Below are positions 57,368 through 64,000 of a stretch of DNA of 64,000 nucleotides, piece after piece (position 1 is the first letter of the stretch; each line of letters begins with the position of its first letter). The position numbers were made by a program, and so were the translations under genes. A model generated the notes under the pieces. The model saw only the letters and a list, made by a program, of their open reading frames with translations, did not search any database and was not told the origin of the DNA. Origin of the DNA: a phage; NCBI GenBank assembly GCA_025611195.1, contig GCA_025611195.1_4718.2. The stretch is one strand, 5' to 3'.

Positions 57368-59958
57368 TCACCTTTGATTGTGTAAAACTTCGTGAAGTCC
57401 ACGCGATCTTTCAAGAACTCACGACTGACACGTTCTAAGAACCGCAGTTGTTTAACCGTAACTTCGAGCGGCGTCCAACTGTCGTGTGGATGAATAGAAA
57501 CCATCCGCCAATCGTATTTACGTAACGCAGGATCATAGTCATAGAACCATTTATACGGCTCCATGAAATCCATCAGTTTAACGTCCTGCATATCAGGATC
57601 GGGATCGATAACACCGTTGATGAGATCGTACGTTACAGCCATCAGCGTTGGACTGATAAGCTGGTATTTGTTCTCAATCGTTACCGGCGTATCATACTTC
57701 ACACGAGGGAAATACAAGGACATATAGTCTTCAACGCGCTTATCGGTTTCAAGACTTTTGTCGCGTAGATAATACGTGTCTGTGTTCACGAGACCACGGA
57801 TAGGGGCAATAACACGGTAAATCGCGTAAGGCACCCCGTCGTTGACTTTGATGTCGGTCGGGTATTGCGTGTCCTCTGCGGTAACCACTTCACTACGATC
57901 GTAAATACGTCCACCAACCACAACACGAACAACATGGTCATCACGAACATTGAACACGTCGTCGTAAGAAAGCTGTCCATGCATCGTCCAACCAGTATCG
58001 TAAACAGCTTCACCGGTTAAGTCCGCGCGCGGAAAACCGGTGCATCTCACGGTAACCGTGTGTGTGTTCCCTTCACTGAAATAACGTTTCGCGTTGATCA
58101 CGATCGTTGGCCATTTTACGATATAATCGATATCACGCACCAAGCTGTAGCTTTTGGTTGCTCGCTCGTCACCTAACCACACTTCGATTTGACCAGGTTC
58201 GAAAGGCAGCGGGTATTCAACATCGATACCTGTGGTAACATCCAACCATACGGTGTGGTTACGATGTTGTATTGTGGTCTTATACGCTAAGAAGTAGGTG
58301 TCGAACAACACTAAACCGGTTTGCTTTCTTCCATCCAACGACCATTTTATTACCCCGTTCTCTTCCGTTACCACAGAAGCATCGTCGGTAACATCCTTCC
58401 ATGTGTTCGCAACAGGTTGTCCGTTACGAAGGTTTACGCTATAGCAACGGTAACTCGCCCATTCGCGGATTGGGACGTCGGCAACACCCATCACGTAATC
58501 GAGCGTTCTTCCACCAACACCCGATCGACCCTCAACATAGGACGTGGTTTCATATTGCGGATAAAAAAGTCGACCAGCGGGATGTTGCGTGATACCCAAT
58601 AACAGGCCGTTACTGTCGTACTCGAAGAACGTCGCGTTTGCACGCAATCCCCATGGTACTTCAGCCGCAGGTGTGCCCATTTTGTCAGTAACGCGTTGGG
58701 GGCTGTCTGCAACCAGTTTCGCCATCGCGTTATACCCGTAAGCAGAGGTCACCATGTCGATCGTGATATTGCTTTCCTTATTACGCATGATACGCGTATA
58801 GTCACTGGCTTCAAGCGTACGTGCAAAGAACTCAGGTATATTGGCGTTCTGTTCCAACATCGCACCGACGATAACGTCGTCTGGAAGTTTATACAATTCG
58901 TGGATGCGGTTATGTTCAAAGGTTAAACACGTTTTCAAACCGCTATCACGGACAACCACTTCCAGGGTTAAATCACGAAGCGAATCCGCACCATCAATTC
59001 GTTCAACGAAGTAGCTGACATAATCGACAGGAATCCCATAATCACGATGTGTGAGCATGCGGATACTGTTTTCCTGGTTGGTGTGGTAATAACGTCCTTT
59101 TCCGTTAGGGCCTTTCACGTAGATATCAACGTCATCGCGATATTGGATTTTAGTATCCACTTCATCTTTCGGTGGATGAATAAGATACTTCACTTTTTTA
59201 TCCAGATCGCTGTTGTACGTTTTAAGATCTTCTACACGGAAGCTATATCGATGTACAACCGTACCGTCATAGACGACTTGAATGCTATCACCGATCTTAA
59301 AACTTGACGGTGGGATGTCATCAACCGCTTCACCATTGATGCTGCAATGCGTCCAACCGATTCCGGTTTCCTGGATCTTTTTACGCCATGCGTATAGCTG
59401 ACGTTGCCACTGCAGAACCTGTGTTGAGCTGGTTACAATCCCCCCAAGGACATGCACTTCGCGTCCCGTCGGTTTCGTGTATGATGGATAACCTTCCGCG
59501 AAGTCAGCATTGAGATAGGTGCGCCAGTAATAATCACCAACGCCAAGGTCAGCGATATTCGGTTGGTCGAGCACACAGACCAGCATCGTTTCGTTTTCCA
59601 GATTACCCGTCCACGTTAATGTCAACGGGAATTCTTTACCGTCCTCGGTATAGATATTGTAATACGATCCCTTCACTTCGCAGAACTTGCTGAGTTCTCG
59701 CCACCACAACCGCCCAGCCCCGACATTAAAATCCTCGCCCATATGTCGTCCGATAACAAACACATGGAACGTATTCGTGTCGTCAGGAAGATTGAATGTA
59801 CGATGCCAAGCTGTAAAGTTTTTTACGGCACCGGTCTTTCCGGTAATACGACGCATCTTGATACGATGCTGGTTGTCCATTAATGGACGACAGTTCACAT
59901 TCAGCGCAGCATGATTTATCAAGTATTGCGCTGTAGGATTAGAAGCGTTCAACACCAC
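57364..59958 (-). CDS. hypothetical large protein, possible virion structural protein (864 aa)
   Basis: Large ORF upstream of the terminase in the same operon. Confidence 0.55.
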   Translation of the reverse strand: MVLNASNPTAQYLINHAALNVNCRPLMDNQHRIKMRRITGKTGAVKNFTAWHRTFNLPDDTNTFHVFVIGRHMGEDFNVGAGRLWWRELSKFCEVKGSYYNIYTEDGKEFPLTLTWTGNLENETMLVCVLDQPNIADLGVGDYYWRTYLNADFAEGYPSYTKPTGREVHVLGGIVTSSTQVLQWQRQLYAWRKKIQETGIGWTHCSINGEAVDDIPPSSFKIGDSIQVVYDGTVVHRYSFRVEDLKTYNSDLDKKVKYLIHPPKDEVDTKIQYRDDVDIYVKGPNGKGRYYHTNQENSIRMLTHRDYGIPVDYVSYFVERIDGADSLRDLTLEVVVRDSGLKTCLTFEHNRIHELYKLPDDVIVGAMLEQNANIPEFFARTLEASDYTRIMRNKESNITIDMVTSAYGYNAMAKLVADSPQRVTDKMGTPAAEVPWGLRANATFFEYDSNGLLLGITQHPAGRLFYPQYETTSYVEGRSGVGGRTLDYVMGVADVPIREWASYRCYSVNLRNGQPVANTWKDVTDDASVVTEENGVIKWSLDGRKQTGLVLFDTYFLAYKTTIQHRNHTVWLDVTTGIDVEYPLPFEPGQIEVWLGDERATKSYSLVRDIDYIVKWPTIVINAKRYFSEGNTHTVTVRCTGFPRADLTGEAVYDTGWTMHGQLSYDDVFNVRDDHVVRVVVGGRIYDRSEVVTAEDTQYPTDIKVNDGVPYAIYRVIAPIRGLVNTDTYYLRDKSLETDKRVEDYMSLYFPRVKYDTPVTIENKYQLISPTLMAVTYDLINGVIDPDPDMQDVKLMDFMEPYKWFYDYDPALRKYDWRMVSIHPHDSWTPLEVTVKQLRFLERVSREFLKDRVDFTKFYTIKGE

Positions 59959-60886
59959 GGCATGCCTCCAGGAGGTATTTCATGTTGGCTTGGAAATCAT
60001 TGACGTCACGCGCCATACGACGCTGATCCGCCATGAGACGAGCCAACACGGTATCACGGTAACCACGGTCGTGGTCGGCAGCGGAGCATAAAAGAATAAA
60101 TGTTGGCGGATGCTCTAAAGCAATCCCAGCAACTTCTTTACTATAACCCCCAACCCAGCTGTAAGCGGTGATTTCAAATAACAACGCTTGGGTTAACGTG
60201 TTCAAACGGGGACTAATATTACTTTCTTTTAATGCTGTTACGAAAGCTGCCATGTTAGGGATATAACCCAGGTTTTCGGTTGCGATACCGATGCTCGCAA
60301 AATCGTAACGAAGCGTTGTCTGGATGGTGCGCACCATAGTTAGTCTTTCATTATTTGTAAGGCTATCTTTAAACAAGCAAAGATAATACCATGCGGTTAT
60401 GATGGCAACATCGCGACGTTGTTGAAGATCCAGCCCTAAACGTTGTGTGATTTGTCCGCTAATCCAATCACAAAAGACACGCATCGGGATAGGGCCAAGA
60501 CGTTCAAAAGGACGTGTGCCCAAGGATTCCCATCCTACCTGAAGATACGCACGTGATTGAAGAAAGTTATATTCACGTTCGTTAACAACGGTAGTACGCG
60601 ATCCTGGGCGTGAGGTGTCTGTTGGGGTGCGTGCGTAAGCGCGCTGGTCGACAACAACGCGTCGTCCATCCATCACCGTTTTAATGACCAACGGATGACC
60701 GAAAGAAGGGATATCGTCCAACGTATTTTTGTTGCCGATGACTTCGAGAACGGGAGTGTTTACACCACTTTCTTCACCGGGTGCACTTAACAATCCGCCG
60801 ACGTAAGCAACTTCGATAGCGGTTCGGATACGGTCAATGCCTTTCAGTTTTGTTCCAACGGTTGTGTCGTAAGGAGAGATGAACAT
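59939..60886 (-). CDS. hypothetical protein (315 aa)
   Basis: ORF track; first gene of the terminase-containing operon. Confidence 0.55.
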   Translation of the reverse strand: MFISPYDTTVGTKLKGIDRIRTAIEVAYVGGLLSAPGEESGVNTPVLEVIGNKNTLDDIPSFGHPLVIKTVMDGRRVVVDQRAYARTPTDTSRPGSRTTVVNEREYNFLQSRAYLQVGWESLGTRPFERLGPIPMRVFCDWISGQITQRLGLDLQQRRDVAIITAWYYLCLFKDSLTNNERLTMVRTIQTTLRYDFASIGIATENLGYIPNMAAFVTALKESNISPRLNTLTQALLFEITAYSWVGGYSKEVAGIALEHPPTFILLCSAADHDRGYRDTVLARLMADQRRMARDVNDFQANMKYLLEACRGVERF

Positions 60887-61029
60887 ATGTAATTCCTTTA
60901 TTACGGCATATAAGAAAACGGGTTAAGCACACAGATTTACGCATAATTGTAATATTTTACGTTATGCCTATGACATTGTGTCACGTGTGCAATTATGTCA
61001 TACAATTTCCTTAAATTAAGGAGAGTTCC

Positions 61030-63102
61030 ATGAGGCTTAAGAATAGCACGCCTCGCGCGATTTTTACGGGCTTTAAAGAGGGTCTTACCACGGATCCGGT
61101 TACAGCCCCAGAGATCACGCCCATTCACCTCCCGTATGTATTCATTCAGGGTGGTCGTGGTAAAGAGGACACCTTGCTGTTAACAGGGGACGCCCTGTCT
61201 ACAGTTTACGGTGAAGATATGCTGAACTACCGCAGTAAGTACGCTTCTCCAGCAACATTGATTGCTCGTCAAGCTGCTTCTACGGGTAGCGCAATCTTCA
61301 CAAAACGTTTGGTTGCGCCGGATGCAACGGCAGCACGCCTCCGTATCGGTGTTGAAGTGGTCGCCGATAAACTGGTCGTTTACCAGCGTAATGCTGACGG
61401 GTCTTTCAAAAAGGACACTGACGGCAACAGAATCCCTGACGGCGATAAAACCGTTGATGGGTTGAAAATGCGTTGGGTTGTTAACCACGACAAAGATGCC
61501 GAAACGCCTAACGCTTTCGGTAAAGATGAAGTGGTTATCGGACAACTGACCGCAGCAGATGGTACCCAGAGCAACTACTATCCTGTTCTGGATGGATTGG
61601 TGAGCTGGCGTGGTGCTGACGGGGACAACATCGGCGTACGTCTGGAAGCACCGACCGCGCTGAGCAGCAACCCTACCCGTACCGATATCATCGAACGTAT
61701 CGGTGCTTTCCTGTACCGCATTCAGTTCGTGGAACGTAAGTCTTCACGTACTGCGCCGACGGTCATTCGTACGATCAGCGGTATGGAACAAGAAACCTTC
61801 GCGTTGCAGGAAGGTGTTATCCAGCCTGATGACGAAACCGATCTGTCCTTCGGTAAAGTAGTCGTTGATGCCTACGAGTATAATGAAACGGGCAACACCC
61901 CGATCTTTGCTCCGATGGATCAGATGCATCTTTATCAGAAGAACATCGACGAAATCGTCAAGAAGCTGTACGAATCTGAAAGCAAAGTTAACAACGATCT
62001 GTTAACCGACGTTGAATTCGTCGAAGGTCAGATGAACATCTTCACCGGTGTTGATTACAACGGTATTCCGTATCAAACCATCGAAGTTCTCGATGCAGAT
62101 CAGGGCGGCGCTATCTTCGACGGTACCAGCACCTTCTACGCGATTGAAGGTAGCGACGGCGACGTCAGCTGGGATACCTTCGATGCGTTAGCGAAGCAGC
62201 AGTTCGAATCGTTCGGCAACATGGGCGAAGATCTGGAAGACATGGCTTTCTATCCGTTCTCTATTGTGTATGACATTGGTTACAAAGTCGACACGAAGAA
62301 AGCGATGGCAAACGTCTTGTCTCTGCGTCCGGATGTCATGATCATTGCGTCAACCCATACCTGGAAGGGTGTGGAACTGAATGTCGATGAAGAAAGCTCC
62401 ATGGGCGCGATGCTGCGTAACTACTACCGCCTGCATCCAGAAAGCGTGCTTTACAATACCCCGGCCTGCCGTGCTGCGGTGTTCATGCAATACGGTGAAA
62501 GCATCGAAGCACCAAGCCTGGGTAAAGTTCCGTTGACGCTGGAAGTTGCTAATAAACTCGCAACTTACATGGGCGCTTCGGATGGTGTTATCCGTGGTAC
62601 CCGCATCGATAACAACCCTGGTAACGTTGTCACAACGATGCGTAAAATCAACAAGACGTATCGTAACGCAACGGTCCGCGATCGTGATTGGGAAAACGGC
62701 TTGAACTATGTTCAGACCTACAACCGTAATTCCAACTTCTTCCCGGCTTGGGGCACGATCTACAATAACGACCGTTCGGTATGGCGTTCGTTGATCAACG
62801 TGATCATCGGCTGCGATCTGACCCGTGTGTGCTATCGTCTCTGGGCAGAAACCACCGGTACTACAGGAATGGATGAAGCGCTGTTCCTGAAGCTGATGGG
62901 TGAACGCTTCCTGGAATACACCACGGGTCGTTACAACGATCACGTGACTGTTAAAGGACGTTTCTACCTGGATAAAGAAGACGGTTACAACGGCTTCAGC
63001 TATCACGGCGATATCAGCTTGATCGGCGATCCAGGTATGACCGTGGGTACGTTTACCATCACCGGGCTGCGTCGTAACACCGAAGCAGCAGAAGCGGCGT
63101 AA
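61030..63102 (+). CDS. candidate tail sheath protein (690 aa)
   Basis: Strong AAGGAGAG RBS; heavily biased preferred codons; size close to the 695 aa recalled for phiKZ sheath; abundant-protein gene directly downstream; no motif-level confirmation. Confidence 0.35.
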   Translation: MRLKNSTPRAIFTGFKEGLTTDPVTAPEITPIHLPYVFIQGGRGKEDTLLLTGDALSTVYGEDMLNYRSKYASPATLIARQAASTGSAIFTKRLVAPDATAARLRIGVEVVADKLVVYQRNADGSFKKDTDGNRIPDGDKTVDGLKMRWVVNHDKDAETPNAFGKDEVVIGQLTAADGTQSNYYPVLDGLVSWRGADGDNIGVRLEAPTALSSNPTRTDIIERIGAFLYRIQFVERKSSRTAPTVIRTISGMEQETFALQEGVIQPDDETDLSFGKVVVDAYEYNETGNTPIFAPMDQMHLYQKNIDEIVKKLYESESKVNNDLLTDVEFVEGQMNIFTGVDYNGIPYQTIEVLDADQGGAIFDGTSTFYAIEGSDGDVSWDTFDALAKQQFESFGNMGEDLEDMAFYPFSIVYDIGYKVDTKKAMANVLSLRPDVMIIASTHTWKGVELNVDEESSMGAMLRNYYRLHPESVLYNTPACRAAVFMQYGESIEAPSLGKVPLTLEVANKLATYMGASDGVIRGTRIDNNPGNVVTTMRKINKTYRNATVRDRDWENGLNYVQTYNRNSNFFPAWGTIYNNDRSVWRSLINVIIGCDLTRVCYRLWAETTGTTGMDEALFLKLMGERFLEYTTGRYNDHVTVKGRFYLDKEDGYNGFSYHGDISLIGDPGMTVGTFTITGLRRNTEAAEAA

Positions 63103-63117
63103 TGAGAGGAGTCCATA

Positions 63118-64000
63118 ATGCGTCCTGATAATACCCTACTCGGTGAACAGGGTGTTGGTGCTCTTAGCAACGCGGCTATGGTCGATATTCGTGCGGGTGC
63201 CCAAAACGGGTACATCAGCAATATCGGTACGTACGTTGCTAACGCCAACTACATTCCGAACCAAATGTTCTGTCTCCTGCTGGAGGCACCACGTGGTTTC
63301 AACTATCTACCTAACCCGGATGTACAGATTGGTTATCTGAAGGCGTTGGTAGAAGAGGTTGCGCATTCGATTACCGGTCTGCAACGTGGATTGGAAGTTG
63401 AATTCGTTAGCGTCCCGGTTTCTGGTTCCGGTGAAATCCAGGAAGAAGTCTCTGACGTTAAACGTCCTCGCTCTAACCCGACTTTCGGGATCTATGAGAA
63501 AGAAGGTCGTTCCGTTAGTTACTTCCTGGAACAATGGATCACGTATCTGTTGATGGATCCGGATGCCAAATATCCGATGTTGTCGTCTATCGTATCCACC
63601 GGTGGTCCAACCGACCTGCTGGCGGATTATCGTAGCGCAACAATGCTGTTCGTTGAGCCAGACCGTCAACACAAAAAAGTGGTTAACGCCTGGCTGTGCA
63701 CGAACATGATGCCTCACGGTACCGGTGACTGGACATCACGTCGTAACAAGAACGATGCGCCAAACGTGGTAGAATTGAGCATTCAGTTCACTGCGTTAAC
63801 ACAGACCAACTACGGCGTGCGTGCTTTTGCACAACGTCTGCTGGATAAGATGAACCTGCTTAAAGTGAACCCGGATTTCCGTCCGGCTTACCTGAGCGAC
63901 ATCGATCCAGCTGTGGCAGCGCAGAAGGTTGGCTACACCTTCGACTTTGATAACAGCGATACCTTTGAGGTACCGAATGCTTATCAAAACGTAACACCTC
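63118..64000 (+). CDS. abundant structural protein, 3'-truncated at window edge (possible tail tube)
   Basis: ATG at 63118 with GAGGAG RBS; open frame to window end (294 codons, hand-translated); strong codon bias. Confidence 0.45.
   Translation, partial: MRPDNTLLGEQGVGALSNAAMVDIRAGAQNGYISNIGTYVANANYIPNQMFCLLLEAPRGFNYLPNPDVQIGYLKALVEEVAHSITGLQRGLEVEFVSVPVSGSGEIQEEVSDVKRPRSNPTFGIYEKEGRSVSYFLEQWITYLLMDPDAKYPMLSSIVSTGGPTDLLADYRSATMLFVEPDRQHKKVVNAWLCTNMMPHGTGDWTSRRNKNDAPNVVELSIQFTALTQTNYGVRAFAQRLLDKMNLLKVNPDFRPAYLSDIDPAVAAQKVGYTFDFDNSDTFEVPNAYQNVTP

Noticed and set aside
1-64000. CRISPR arrays, rRNA genes, IS elements, integrase or attachment sites
   Set aside because: No direct-repeat/spacer arrays, no rRNA-like conserved blocks, no transposase or integrase-like ORFs and no terminal inverted repeats were seen; the window looks like contiguous lytic phage genome.

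Overview
This window reads as part of a phiKZ-like, nucleus-forming jumbo phage genome (Chimalliviridae-type) with enterobacterial-style codon usage; this is inferred from protein motifs read by eye, not from any database search. About 69 tightly packed CDSs lie mostly on the minus strand in long operons. Recognisable products include three subunits of a split multisubunit RNA polymerase (beta-prime N-terminal, beta-prime C-terminal, beta C-terminal), a tubulin/FtsZ-like PhuZ candidate, a 631-aa chimallin candidate directly upstream of the beta-prime N gene, a large terminase, two SF2 helicases, an Mre11/SbcD-like nuclease, a second metallophosphoesterase, an HD-domain protein, an SSB-like protein and candidate tail sheath/tube genes. 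The main finding is that the beta-prime N-terminal gene appears to be interrupted by three tandem ORF-less group I introns (P, Q, R, S core elements with compensatory changes), leaving two micro-exons that together encode the catalytic NADFDGD motif. Regulatory signals include a conserved 20-nt promoter-like motif with a TATATTAC core upstream of four minus-strand operons and a family of GC-rich CCCTCCC/GGGAGGG stem-loops at gene boundaries. No rRNA, tRNA, CRISPR array or transposase was found. All functional calls rest on short motifs and should be confirmed by HMM or structure searches; exact splice junctions are proposals.
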